NCBI RefSeq assembly: GCF_036321535.1
Contig: NC_087437.1
Coordinates: 120,716,001 to 120,780,000, forward strand
Origin: Camelus dromedarius
Taxonomy: Eukaryota
Length of the DNA stretch: 64,000 bases
Reading direction: 5' to 3'
Numbering within the stretch: position 1 is the stretch's first letter; each line of letters opens with the position of its first letter. Position numbers and translations under genes: made by a program. Under the pieces are notes generated by a model that had not been told where the DNA came from, ran no database searches, and saw only the letters and a list, made by a program, of their open reading frames with translations. This document shows, piece after piece, positions 36,076 to 49,259 of the stretch.

Positions 36076-38459
36076 AAAGCATAGGAAGTAATGATTCTCT
36101 AAGTATGAAAACCCTGTGGTGTCTTTCCCAGCTGAGAGGTGACTTTTGTCCGCCTCCCTCCCCGAGGCATAATTTATAGCTGTAGAGCATGCAAACCACA
36201 TTTGGTAATTTACTCTATCTTTTCGGTAAACTCTTTAGTGCCAAAATCAATCTTAATGTCATAACAGAGTCCTAAAGTCTTCAAAAAAATTATTGCATAA
36301 GCATTATAGGAACATTAGCAACAACAAATATATAGCTTTTTGAACATAGATACATTTTTCCTTTTAGGGTAAGAGAATTTGTGCCTTTAGTTCAGTTTAG
36401 TTTGGATGCCCCATGTTCCCTGAAAGCCTGAAATGCAGACTGTGAGCACCCTGTGGTCTCCTCCCCGGATGGAACCACTTTGCGGGGCGTGGTTAGGGTG
36501 TACGCTTTCAGCAGGTGCAGCGTCGCTTGTCTGCCCGCCTGCTGGAGGCACTGTCACACAAAGCAGGACGCCCTGGGGTCCTCTGCCCTTCAGGTGTCAG
36601 CGTAATGCTGATTCTGTTCTGGCTGCGGCTGGCTGTTGAGAATTGAAAACCTGGATTTTAAAACTGCTTTGACACTAAATTACTCTGTGACTTTGCACTT
36701 CTAGTGGACCCTAACATGAAAGTTTTGCGCATTAAATGATTGAAAGTTAAAGTTTCCATTGCTCTTCGGGTTGGCGAAGGGTAAAACAAACGACGTCTGA
36801 CTGTGACGACAGCTTGTGACCGCCCTGGCCCTGGCCCTGGCGGGTCCGCGGCGTTTTCGTTGGGCTTGTCTGGGCCTGGTACCACGCTGTGCTTGGACCC
36901 TCGTGTTAGTGAGAGTGTCTGAGCTCTAAAAGACTATCTAGCCTACAGGTTTCTAGTTTTCGTTATAATCGACTTCTTTGAAAATTAGAGTTGTTTTCAG
37001 AAATAAGCATTTTTCCTACTGTCTTATTGTTGGTGATCTAAAACCTAAATGATACATCTTTATCTGTGGTTATTTACGTTTTCTTGGACATGTGTTAGTG
37101 TCTTTTTACTTACTGTTGGTAAAAGTTAACTACTTAATAATTGAGTTCCCACGTCCTTCTGTTAAAAGTTTTAAGAAAGTGTTAAGCAGTTTGTTGAAAT
37201 ATGACCCATTTAAGCGTAAGTCACTGAAATCTTCTTTTTGAGTTCTTACCCCTCCCTGTGTTTAATTAGTTCTTATCTGCTTTTAACATAAAAAGTTTAA
37301 AATTGCATGATTAATACATGGATATATGCTTGTAAAAACCTCAGAATGCAGTCGTAAGTCAGGAAATAGGGACTTTCTGCATCAGTTACCCGGCTGTGAG
37401 AAACAGCAAGTCTAATCACAGCTGGCGTGAACGGGAAAGCACTTAGGCTTATAGAGTCAGAGACCCAGGGTTCTGCCTGCCTCTCCTGGGAGCTCCTGAG
37501 CCGGGCTCTCCTCGGCCTCTGGGCTCAGGGGCAGCCTGGGGGCAGGTGCCCAGTGGGTCTGGGCAGCATTCGGACAGAGTACCATCCCTCTCTTCAGAGC
37601 AAGGCCCCTGTCCCCTGACGTTTCCCTTTGCATTCGGGTGGCTCCTCTGCCTGTCCTGCCTCCTGCCCGGGTGCCCCACGTGCCAATGCCGCTGCGGGCG
37701 AGGGATGGCCGTGATGGTCTGCGCATGCCCCTGGCGCTGCCTGCGGGCGGGCCCATGCTCCCTGGGCCTCCCAGCCTCATCGCCACGTGTTCCCTAGCGA
37801 GTGAGGACACACACACAGGGAGAGAGAGATATGTTAACGGGACTGTGCTCTGAATTACTCTTGCCAAGTATTTTGATAAGTCTCCCCTCTCTCACAAAAA
37901 AAAAAGAAAAAAAAAAGAAAAGAGAAAAGAAATCTTAGTTGTTGAAATAAATAGTCTGAGTTGACTGTAAACACTGCAGTTTTCTGAACAGGGTTCTTTG
38001 GACGCGGTGTCAACCCTGCGTCTCACTTTGCTTCCAGGAGCCGTTTCCTGGCGGCTGGATCCTTACCCGTTTCCTTGGGCCCCATGCCCATGGGATCAAC
38101 ATGGACATCAGCCTGGGGTTGGTCTCACAGCGCAGGCCTCAGAACTCGAATGCTTTTCTACTTAGTGGCGGGACTATTTTGGGGGCTACAGAGTGTACAT
38201 TGTTAATTTAATTGCCTGTCACACAAGCCGAGATTGAATTCTGTGGGGTTCACACCCAGGCTTTTGGCGCTCTGGCTCTCTGTCGCCCGTTCTCAGAGAT
38301 GTGTCGGCTTTTCATGGTGCTCAGTGCATGGCTTGGAGAGTGTTGTCATGAATAGCCATGTATTCTGAGAAAGTCATGATGGCTTCTCTTCATTTCACGG
38401 CCAGTCAGTGTAGAATTTCAGTGGGTGAGAAGAATGACCTTAAAATGTAAACTGGGGGC

Positions 38460-38830
38460 ACTGTTGCTCGAGCTGCCCTAAGAAAGCAGCCCGGCCCCGG
38501 GGGCGCGCACGGCGGAGACACGTCTCCTCCCAGCGCTGGGGGCTGGGAGCCCAGGGTCAGTGTCCACAGGGTTGGGGTCCGAGGCCTCGCCCCTTGACTC
38601 GTAATGGCCAGTGTCCTCGTGGACGCTGGACTTGCCGTGACCTCACGTGGTCTCTTCCCACCCTGATGTCTGTGTATCCGCGTTTTCTCTTAGAAGGGCG
38701 CCAGTCAGATGGGATCAGGGTCCATTCTGTAGACCTCATTCTAACTTAATCAGCTCTTTCAGACCTAATCTCCAAACACAGCCACATTCAGAGGTGCTGG
38801 GGGTTAGGATTTCAACACAGGAGTTTGTTA
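38460..38830. mobile_element. MaLR LTR (MLT1A-like), left end GC-converted
   Basis: CCAGTCAGATGGGATCAGGGTCC, ATCTCCAAACACAGCCACATTCAGAGGTGCTGGGGGTTAGGATTTCAACA. Confidence 0.75.
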
Positions 38831-39429
38831 CCCAGCTCGGAACAGGCACTGAGATCAGATGGTCACATGTTAAGTCCCCTGTTACTGCCAGGTGACATCT
38901 TTGCCGTTGACAGATGTGCTAAGTGACCTATAATCTTTAAAAAGTAAATTTAGCACGCAAATTAAAGATTTATTTTACGGTTGAATGTAAGACTTCGTAG
39001 TCGCCATTTAGACAGGTTTTGTCATGTCACAGGATTTCCTGTGCGAGAGACGTGGGAGGGGCATGTAGGAGGCTCTTCATTGGTTTACACTGTGGGCATA
39101 AGGTGATGGTACCTTAGAGTGGGGCTTTACTGCAAGGACCATATACAAATTCTATATATTTACTTAGTAAACCAAGTGAAAGGGGAGAAAGCTTCCTTGT
39201 AGTTGCTCTAATTTCTACTTAGCGAAGAGGAGTGATTTTTATGTTAATCTTGGAGCCTTTTAAAGAGGCCGCAGGAGTTGGCGCTTAAAGATAAGAAATT
39301 TGAAGCTAACTAAAGATTTTCTTACTTTAATGATTTCTAAGACAACTACCAAATAAATGAACATGAAAAATGATGAGTTAAAACATAGAAGTTGTTTTTA
39401 TGTCAACAGCAAATGTGTTAATAGGAAAC

Positions 39430-39670
39430 CTTACTGAAGATTTACTTCGCATCAGGCCTTGTTCGAGGTTATTTATGTTGACTCAGTCTCACCACAGCCC
39501 TACTGGGCAGCTCTTCTTGTTTTCCCATTTCACAGATGGTCCCCGAGGCACAGGAAGGGAAATGGCCGCCCCAGGCTTACGCAGCGCGTGGAGAGAGGCG
39601 CTCAGTGGGACCCAGTGGTCAACCCTCAGCGTCCGTGTCTAGCCTCGATGCCCACTGCCTCTCTGCCTCT
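39430..39670 (-). mobile_element. MIR SINE
   Basis: CTCACCACAGCCCTACTGGGCAG...TCCCATTTCACAGATG...GAGGCACAG core. Confidence 0.6.
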
Positions 39671-40613
39671 CTGATACTCAACCCAGCTGCCCAGAAACGT
39701 CATTACTCAGAGCAGTGACTTGACATTGTCACGTGGTTTTGGGGGGGTTTTGTTTTGTTTTATTTTAGGCTCCCCATAACAAAATAAGCAAATGCGTCAA
39801 TGGCCCACATCAATTCCCAATGATTTCTTTAAGATCAATATAAAAGCAATTTGGAAAATGGTTTTGTTTGGAGTTAGAGGATCCTCTGAGTAGAAGAATT
39901 GGAGTCATCTGTATTAAAAGGTTCTTTTGTAGCTGAAGTATAATATGGTTGTACTCTCACTTCTGAGAGCTAAGTGGACTTTGCAGTTCTGTTAAAGCTG
40001 AGATAAAAGAGCTGCATTAACAACCCAGCGTGCAGAGCCAGACACGCCTGTTCTCCTCTCTGGTCCCCGCCCCAGCCGGCTCCGTGCTCTCCTCTCTGGG
40101 AGGCGGCCGTGCTTGTCCCAGCGTCCTGGGACTGTCGCGAGGACGCAGTAGGAGAACGCGTGTCCCTGTGTCTCTGCTCCTACTGGCATTTGGGTACACC
40201 TCGAGCTTTTTACGTTGAGGAAACTCACGTCCCCTTGTCTGGGTTTCCTTTTCTTACGGGGTTCCGGGGCGATCTCTGCGAGCTGCAGTCAGCAGCAGCT
40301 CTGTAAGTGAGCCACGCGGGAGCTGGCGGCCGTCTCCTCGGCTTTCCACCCCCCTTCCCTGCTCCTCCTCCCCTTCTCCTCCTCCTCGTGGGGAGACCTG
40401 TACCCAGCTCTGAGAGGCCACGTGAGGCTTCCTTAGATCCTGGGGGTCAAGTACTGTGCTTTCTTGAGCCCACTTATTTAAAGACATGAAACAGTCTTGT
40501 TTTGTGATATTATTTTACTGAATTTTCAGATTGTCTAAAAATGCCAACTTAATAAATTTCAGAGCCCATTTTCCAATGTTCACCTAAAAATGCCATTTTT
40601 ATTCTTGTTGAAG

Positions 40614-40695
40614 GTGCTGGAGATCAGAACTTATTTACCTCTATTTATCCAACGCTTTCCCAGCAACTTCCGAGAGAGCCGATGGAATGGAGAAG
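40614..40695 (+). CDS. TRAPPC10: TRAPPC10 coding exon 2 (CAGDQNLFTSIYPTLSQQLPREPMEWRR)
   Basis: Acceptor ttgttgaAG ends 40613, donor GTACGG at 40696; 82 nt; phases fit exons 1 and 3. Not in the ORF track; translated by hand. Confidence 0.96.
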
Positions 40696-41530
40696 GTACG
40701 GTCGCCCGGTTTGGGCTGCATCTCCCTCTTCGTTCTGTGGACCTTTGTGTGAGCAAGTGAGGGACTCAGACTTGCAGCCTGACTTCTAAGGACACTGAAC
40801 GGCGCCACGTAATCTGTGGGCCTTCTTTGAGGAACGTGCTGATTTTCTCAACAAGACACAGGATGACAGAAGCAGGACACTTCTTCTGAGCTAAGGGCCC
40901 GCTTTTATAGGAGTGGCTTCTGATTCTCCATGGCTCATCAGGACATCTTAGCGGCGCAGGCGTCCTGGGGCGGAGGCGCGCCCGGCCTCCCTCCGCGGTG
41001 GCGCAGGCGCCCTCCTCTGCGGCCTGCGCTCCTGGGCTCTTCTCTTAAGGACGAGAAAGTCTACAGGAAGTTGTTATTTAAAAATGAGAGAAGCCAGGCC
41101 AACCCTCCCATTTATCCTGTTGTTGTAATTGTTCATCTAATGACTTGTTCTGAGGAAATAACTGACTTTGAGTCATCTTACTGGAAAACTTATTTCTGGT
41201 AAGATTAGATATTACCTGTAGAAAATGTTTGGATTTTGACTTATTAATACAGGTAATCTGATTTTAACCAAGGTGTGTGAAAAATTTCCTGTTGTTATCT
41301 ATGGTCACGCAGTTCTGAGTCTGGCTACGTCACTCCTTCCTGACCACCAGTTTGTACCCCAACTGACAGGAAGAATTAACATTCCGGATGGCTCACCCAG
41401 GCTCTCCATTGAATCTAGTCTAATTTTTGTGCCAGTTACAGTGTTACAAGGAATGTATTTAGTTACTAACACGTAATCTAGAGTATACAGATGTGGGAGA
41501 ATTCTCTCCCAGAGAAGTTATTCAACATCA

Positions 41531-41663
41531 GGGGGAAGGGTATAGCTCAAGCGGTAGGGCGCATGCTTAGCGTGCACAAGGTCCTGGGTTCAATCCCCAG
41601 TACTGCCTCTAAAAATAAGTCAGTAAACCTAATTACCTACCCCCAAAACCAAAGGAAAAAAAA
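41531..41663 (+). mobile_element. tRNA-derived SINE (vic-1-like), full length with TSD
   Basis: TATAGCTCAAGCGGTAGGGCGCATGCTTAGCGTGCACAAGGTCCTGGGTTCAATCCCCAG; imperfect 15-bp TSD aagttattcaacatc (41515-41529) / aaattattccgcatc (41662-41676). Confidence 0.92.
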
Positions 41664-42204
41664 ATTATTCCGCATCTGAGAAGGCCCAGTGCTGTGAACG
41701 AGGGAAAACAACTCACAAATGGAGGAGTTTAATACTTAAAAAAATAGGAGTAATCTGGAAAGGATTTCAAATAAGTATACATCATTCAGAAAGATAGAAG
41801 AGACAAGAAAGGGAGTTAGGAGGAAAAGGTAAAATAGAGACGCAGCGTAGATTCAATATGTATTCATCTCTTCACCTTTTTGGAAATAGTGGAGAACAGA
41901 ATAGGGAGGCCTAAGTGTGCGAGGGCAGAGGAGGGTGGGGATGGCTGCACAGAGCAGGGTAGACGCCTTCTTGGGAGGTGGAGGATGGACGGAGGGAGAG
42001 CTGAGCCCGCGTGTCTGCAGTGGTGGCTCCCAGAGAAGCAGGCAACAGGACCCAGGCCCAGGACCGCGGTAGGCCGGGGCAAGACCCAGTGGAAGGGGTG
42101 GCAGGAGAAGTTTCAGGAGATCCATGGGAGGGGGGACAGGCAATACTGGGAAGTGGGAGTGAGATGGCAGGAGCTGATGAATGTCTAGCAGAATGAAAAC
42201 AAAA

Positions 42205-42372
42205 CCAAGGTTTATACTGTGCAGCACAGGGAAGCATATTCAGTGTCTTGTAGTAGCTCACAGTGAAAAAGAATGTGAAAATGAATATATGTATATTATG
42301 TATGACTGAAGCATTGCGCTGTACAGCAGAAATTGATGCAACATTGTAAACTGACTATAACTCAATAAAAGA
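42205..42372 (+). mobile_element. L1 3' end, 5'-truncated
   Basis: ATACTGTGCAGCACAGGGAAGCATATTCA...ACATTGTAAACTGACTATAACTCAATAAAA followed by an A-rich tract. Confidence 0.85.
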
Positions 42373-43995
42373 AACAGGTTAAAAATCCAAACAAGCAAAC
42401 AAACAAAAAAACAAGGAAACAAAAAGCCATACCGAAAAAAACTGGAGAAAAGAAAACCCGAATTTGCAGTCTCTAACAACATTTCAAACACTGCATAGAG
42501 TAGAGTGTTTAAGAAGAGTCTTCTCAAGGTCCTGAGGGAAAGTGCCTCTGAACCTGGAGTTCTGTGCTATTCACCCCCGCCGGAGGGAAGGCCGAGTCAG
42601 CCTCCCCAGGCCCTGGAGGAGACAGGGTGCCCGGAGGGTTTGTTTCTCTTAGGCCTGGGGGGGCCCTGATCTGTCACTTCTGGCTGTGCAGCCCCACGTG
42701 TTTGCCCCAGAGTGCGTTTAGGTCTCACACTCCTGCGTGCCACCCAGTGGAGCTGGCTGGGAAACATGCAGCCAACATAAACATTTTCAGATGTAGATGA
42801 TCAGAAACTTTACCACCTTCTCTGAAATAATCAAAGGGTGTGTCTCAACAAGAAGAAAAATGAACCCACAGCTCAAGATGAAGGAAGCAGCTGCCAGCAA
42901 TCAAGTCATTAAAATATTTTGCTCTAGTTATGGTATCGATCCTTTTACAAAGTAAAAAGTTTAAAATTTTGGATGAGTGGAAGACAGTAGAGAAGAAAGT
43001 GTTCTGTCTTTCTTGTTCAAGGAGAGGGAGGCATTTGCTTTAGTCTTAGAAAGGAGAATTTAAGTGTGTGCATACTAAACATTAAAATGTAATCAACAGC
43101 GGAAAAGAAATGGTTGCTTAAACTTTCAAACCAGCAGAGAAAAAGAATGGAAAAAGAAAACTTGATTAATCTCAAAAAGGACAGAAAAAAAATAAGAGTG
43201 TAAAATAGAAAATCCCCAAGTTCAAGCATAATCATGTTAAATATGGTTGGTTTCAACTTACTAATCACAGACTCCTTAGATTGGATTAAAAAATACAAAA
43301 TCCAGCTTATAGATATTTAAAAGAGACACAAGTACTGGAGGTGAAAAATAGGGGTATGGAGAAAAGATATCTGTAGCATAATTTATTTTTAGAACTATAA
43401 TAAATAGCTTTCTTACCCTTTGATAGCAGTGGATTGGGTGTGTGTAGCTTGTGGGGTTTCTCTGTGTGTTTAGTTCTTGGGTTGAGAAATACTGGGGACG
43501 GATGGTTACTACTGTTATTTATGCTGTGCAAACAAAAACCTGTTCTTTTCCACCAAGCAATTTTCTTTTTTGGACAATACAGGTTGTCACAAAAGTATTA
43601 GAGCGGTTAAAAGCTTTGGTAACTTTAAACTGCACTTTTGGCATTTGGGGAACTCTTTTCCTTTTATAGCGACTGTCGATTAAGTAACATCCATTTTTCT
43701 CAAGTCTGTTGTTGCAAATAGTCCTGGTTTGATAGAATGTTACTGTGCAGGTATCGTTGAGTGAAATGAAAGATTTATGGAGAGGGAGCTTTGCATGTAA
43801 ATGTGGATGGGGTTTAAAGTAATTTATAGAATCTTTTCAGATAGAATATGTAATAGTTATAATTCATGGTTAATATCATGTACATAGTTCTGAGCTCATA
43901 GATATGATTAAATTATTACTGTATTTTTCTCCTATCCTTTCTGCTGAACATTCTTTACTTATTTTTCTTAGTGACTTGTTGAAAATTTCTTATAG

Positions 43996-44131
43996 GTCCT
44001 ATGGCCGGGCTCCGAAGATGATTCACCTCGAATCTAACTTTGTTCAATTCAAGGAGGAGCTGCTGCCCAAAGAAGGAAACAAAGCCCTGCTCACTTTCCC
44101 CTTCCTTCATATTTACTGGACGGAGTGCTGT
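43996..44131 (+). CDS. TRAPPC10: TRAPPC10 coding exon 3 (SYGRAPKMIHLESNFVQFKEELLPKEGNKALLTFPFLHIYWTECC)
   Basis: Acceptor tttcttatAG, donor GTGAGT at 44132; 136 nt; cumulative 285 nt = 95 codons; inside ORF 43904..44344. Confidence 0.97.
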
Positions 44132-46029
44132 GTGAGTATTCCTTTGGGGGAACGTTACAGAAGGCGTCCTGGAATAGAGTTAAGATGCACGGGTCTGGGT
44201 TTTGCTAAGACAGCTATACTTTTTCAGATTTACTTTTTAATTTTAATTTTTTGGTATTGGTCCCTCTTCTCCGTTTCTCAGCCAAGCGCATGGCGTTGTG
44301 GCTGCCTGTTTCTGCCCTGGCCCAGTGTGGTGCACTCGTGGTAATCACCACATAGATTCTTATTTCCTGTGTTTCCAGTTCTTGTGAGCCATCTCACTGC
44401 GCCCTTGTGGGCACGAGGCGTTTTTAATATTTACTTTCAGCTTCATTTTCGTAGCGCCACGTGTTCACCGTCGTGGCAGTTACTGTCCTTGAGAACCCTT
44501 GTTGCTGAGGGCCAGGAGCTGTGTCTCCTTCTTCGCTCCGCACCCCCCATCCTGGCGGGGCTGCCATGCTGTGAGCGCCGCAGCCCCTACTTGTACTTGG
44601 CTGTTTTATACTCGTGAACCCATTCTTGACAGAATTCTTCTTTCATGAACGAATAGAAAATTCTATGGGTCATTTCTTCTTGTCCCTTTTGACTGTAATA
44701 AGACTAGCATTTAGCAATATACAAAAATACATAAATCATGACCTATCGTGACATTTTAACCTGACTCTGAGGACGCAGAAGTTGTTTTTTGTAATTTAAA
44801 TGAGAAAGGACTCACAGCTTACGCCTCTTCTCCCTTTCACCCCACGGACCTTTTGCCTCTGCTGATTCTGCTTTGTGGCCTTTCCTAGTGGAGTCACGTG
44901 GGATGGGCTTACTCCCCAGAATGGGCGACAGCGCATGTGAGATGGTGTCTACCAGGGGAGTGCTGGTTTTTATCAGGGCCAGCCACGTAGGCACCTCTGT
45001 CTGCACGTATCAAAGCCAGACTCCGGGCCAGAGTGGGTGTTAGTACCTTTTACGCCCAGTGAGGCAGGCCTCTCACGCGGTGTTGGGAACCCCTGCAGAA
45101 TCCTCGTCCCCACGCACCAGCGAGGGCCCACCTTGGAGGCAGGCTACGGATGGCTGCCCCAGGCCTGCTGTGCTTAACGACGCTTCTCCCTGCAGCCCCT
45201 TGGTGGTGGTGTTGGGCTTGATCTCGTGGTCAGAGAGCTGTCCACTCTCTCCATGCTGTACGTCTCTTTTCCCCTTACAACCAATAAGCCGTCTCTGAGG
45301 AGCCACCCTAGGACCACGTGCCTGTCCTCCGTATCCAGCTTTCTTTCCCACTGAGCTTTAGCCCCAGTGATGAGTCTTCCTGAACCAGTCAGCACCCAGG
45401 ATTGCAGACACCACTCCCCTAGATGATCAGCCAGCGCTCTCCTCTAGGCAAGGGCCTGTGTGGGCTTCTGTGTGTCTAGTGCCTCGTGGTTGGCCGGCCT
45501 CACTCTGATGTTCAGGTTGAGCAGGAAGGGTCGCTTCGCACTGGCTCCCGGGTCCTTTGGGGTGTTTTCTAACTTTCTGGCACACGGGATATTCTAGGTT
45601 CTTGTTTTCTTGCTGCCCTTGTGCCAGACTCAGCCTTTTTTTCACAGAGACCGGGTTCCTTTGGCACTACAGAGCATCCCTGCTTCTCCACCTTTGCTCT
45701 GTAGAGCTGGGAAAGTGGATGTCTTAGAGATCATGAGTCAATGTGCCTCTGATTTTAGCCTAACGCCCCCGGCTCTTTCTTGCCTTCCCTGGTTCTGGAA
45801 TGTTTACATCCGCTCTGGCCCTGACAGCACCAGCCCACGCGCTCACTGCTGCAGTGTGCGTAGAGCAGCTCCAGAGGCCCTGCGCTCACACTGCGGCCAG
45901 GACAGCCGCCGAGAAGCGGCCAGACCTCGTCTGCACGTGTGCTCGCCCAAGACTGACAGTCCACGTCCGTAGCTGGCCGGGCCAGTCCCTCAGGAGCCGT
46001 TCTCCGCGGTGTCTGCCTGGTGGCTCCGC

Positions 46030-47900
46030 ACGTCCTTTTTCCTTATGAATTTTGGTGTCAGATTATTTTTCTGGGCGTTTTACGCTTTTGCTGCTGTTGT
46101 CAGTGGGGTTTTCTCTCCCGCTGTATCTTCTAGTCGGTGCTTTTCCGTGTCTGTAAAGGCTGTTGGTTTTGTAATGTTCACCTTGCTGAACTCTCTCGCT
46201 GTTTGTGTTGGTTTTGTCATTGATTCTCTGGGCCCCGAAGTCCGGGGTTTTCCGGGTACCCTGTCACGCCACCCGCGGACAGAGGTGGTCTTCTTTCTCC
46301 CGGCTCAGTTCTTGTGCCTCAAGTCGCTTTTCCTGTCTAAGCCGTCGTCAGGGAGCAGTGGAGGCCGTGGGTGTCTTTGCCTCGTTCCTGACGCCGATGG
46401 GAGTGCCCGTGGCGTCTCCTCATGGAGTGGGATGCTGGCTATGCGGCTGAGGTAAACGTATGCGAGCTCATGAAGGACATTCCGTCTGTTCCTGTTTTCT
46501 CGAGGGTCTTTACTAGGAATACACTGTTGAATTCTGTTAAAGGCTTTCTTATACCCAGTGGAGATACTCATGATTCTTCCCACTTAGATCTGCTAATACG
46601 CTGTATGACATTAATGGGTTTCTTATTATTGAACCATACTTGCATTCCTGGTATATTCCACTTGGTCAGGGTGTTATTGTCCTAATGTGGTGGTGGTGTC
46701 TGTTCACGTTATTTACGATTTTTTTCACCTGTATTCACAAGTGATTGACCTATAACTTGTTTGTGTGTGCTGTCTTTACCAGGTTTAGGTGTCAGTGTTA
46801 TACTTGATTCATAAAAGTAACTTGGAAGTTTTTGTTTGTTTTCCGTACGTGAAACAATTTATGTAGCACGGGCGCTGTCTGCTCTTGGGGGTGTGGTGGA
46901 GTTCTTCTGAGAAACCATCTGGGCCCAGTACTTTCTTGAGGGATAGTTCCTTGGTTACTCTCTTACCTCTTCCATAGAAATTGGTCTGCTTCAGCCATTT
47001 GTCAGTTTTGATAAACTGTATTTTTCTTAGAAATGATCCATTTCAGTAAAGTTTTAAAGTTTCTTTTCATTGAGGTGTATAAAGTGGCTGTTTCTGTTTC
47101 TGACTTTTAAAATGTGCTCTGTGTCAGTAGTCACTCCTCCACCCCTGTTCCTTATTTTGTATATTTGTGTTTTCTCCTTTCCTCCCTTGATTAAATTAGC
47201 TACTTTGATTCTTTTCCTCAGAACCAGGCTTTTTATTTATTAATCTGATATACTATCAGGATATTTTCTACCTTACTAATTTCTGCTTTTATTTTTATTA
47301 TTTCCTTCTTTCGTTTTCTTGTAATTTACTTTGTTCTTTTCCTTATTTTTTTAAGCTGGAAATGCATTTTCATTCTTAAATTTTTAATGATATAAGTCTT
47401 TAAAGACGTGAATTTAAATATATCCTTGTGCTCTCTTATTATTTTTCAAAAATACTCTATATTCTGTTTGTATTGCCCCTTTCACTCTGTAGTTTAACAG
47501 AAAGCTTTTTAATCTTCAGAAGGAAATTTAAAACTCTTTTCACTTTAAAATTCCTAATTTTACTGCATTATGATCAGAGTGGTGTTTATAGTATTTCTGT
47601 TTTATGAAACTTATTTTTTTCCTTGTGACCTAATAAAGGTTTTTGTAGCTGTTTTGTGTGTGTGAGAACGTATTTTCTCTGTTTTCAGAGCTGCCTACTG
47701 GGTATGTCGTTCAGGTTGTTTATATTTGTTTGTCCACTTGGCTTACCTGTAACTGACTGGTATGTTGAAGGCTTTTATTACTAGTACATTTCTATTCCTC
47801 TTGCATCTTCCATAATTTCTGTTTTGTACAGATAGTTGATGTATTATTTCGTGCATAGATGTTCATAAGTATAATAATTTTTATGGAGTGAAATATGTCA
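46030..47900 (-). mobile_element. Decayed L1M ORF2 region
   Basis: Minus ORF 46305..46583 has MSISTGYKKAFNRIQ (RT motif ISIDAEKAFDKIQ); TTGAACCATACTTGCATTCCTGG and GAAACCATCTGGGCC blocks. Confidence 0.7.
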
Positions 47901-48384
47901 CTAAAAACATGGTTTCCGAGTAGTGTTCTGTTTCAGGTTTAGGAAGGCCTTGTCTACCTGAAGATAATAGCTGATTTTCTCCTTTTTTTTTTTTTGATAA
48001 TTTTATAATTTGTGTTTTACATTTGGATCTGTATGGTTTCAAGTTATCTTTGTGTATGGTGGGAGCAGTGTGGGTTCAGGGTCTAATTTAAAGTCTAAAT
48101 GGTAGTGAATTGGCCTAACATTTCAGAATCATCTAGCTTTTCCCCATTTATTGAAAGTGTCATCTTTATTTTAAACCAATATCTTGTATGCTCAATATTC
48201 TGGACACATCGGTTCTATTGACCATTGTCTGTTCTGTGCCAGGACCAGACTTTTCATTACATTTAATTACATTTTTATAACGCGTATTGATGTCTGTTCT
48301 TTAAAATAAATCTCTTGGCTAGTATACATGTTCTCTTCTGTATACGTTTTAGAATCGGGTTGCTAGGTGCACAAATTTTGTTTT

Positions 48385-48852
48385 CCAAAAATGTCTGTTG
48401 TACCAGCGCATCCCGTCCCTTGTGCTCTTCTTTGCATGGCAGTGACCTTCCTCTGTTGAGAGGTTAGGTCTTTGTTTCCTCCAGTTGAATCTGGGTGGGC
48501 TTCTGACTGGCAGAAGGGACACTGTGACTCCTGAGACTGTCATAAAAGGTAATATATCTTTTGCCGGGTCCTCCTGGGATGCTTGCTCTTAGATCCCAGC
48601 CCCCATTCTGTGATGAAGTCAGTGGCCTCAGGAAGGCCCTCTGGGGTGTGCACCCCTGGTCCCAGCAGACGCCGCCAGCAGGCCAGCGTCCACCACCACC
48701 GTGTCTGCCTTCTAGCTCCCCACAGCTGGTACCGGGTGGAGTGGACGAGCTGTCCAGCAAATCTCCAGAGTGTAGATTTGTGAGCGGAGTAAATGTTCTG
48801 GACCACTTGGTATTATAGTGGTTTGTTACAAAGCCACGGATAAAACTGGAAC
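48385..48852. mobile_element. MaLR LTR (older MLT1-like)
   Basis: TTGAATCTGGGTGGGC...GGCAGAAGGGACACTGTG...GTGGTTTGTTACAAAGCCACGGATAAAACTGGAACA. Confidence 0.65.
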
Positions 48853-49259
48853 ACTGATTGAAAAGACTGGAGGTGTTTTGGTTGGATTGCCTAGAAAAAG
48901 TTACAGGTTCATTTGAGAAGAATTTTAGTGATCACGAGTTCTCTCATCTGGGAACCTGGTTTGTTTCTCCATTCTTTATGCCTTTTTTTGTGCCCTTTAG
49001 TGATGTGTTGTAATGTTTTTCACAGAAGTCCTGCAGCTTTATTGCTAGATATAGTTTTTGTGGACAGTATGGTTGTGGGTTTTCCCTTAAACTTAAGTTT
49101 TCAATAGGGAGCCTTTGGGGCTTGTTGTTGTTGTTTTAGGGTTTTTGTTTTGTCTTACTTTTGATTATTATCTGTTAAGAAAGTTTCCGGGAGCAGGCTG
49201 ACACGGTTGAGGATTTCTAGATTTAGAAGTCAGGCCCTCTGTCGGGTTCTCTCAGTGGC

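Noticed and set aside
41531..41605. Possible tRNA gene
   Set aside because: The tRNA-like head is followed by a SINE tail and flanked by a TSD; same for the copies at 4194-4314 and 4719-4844.
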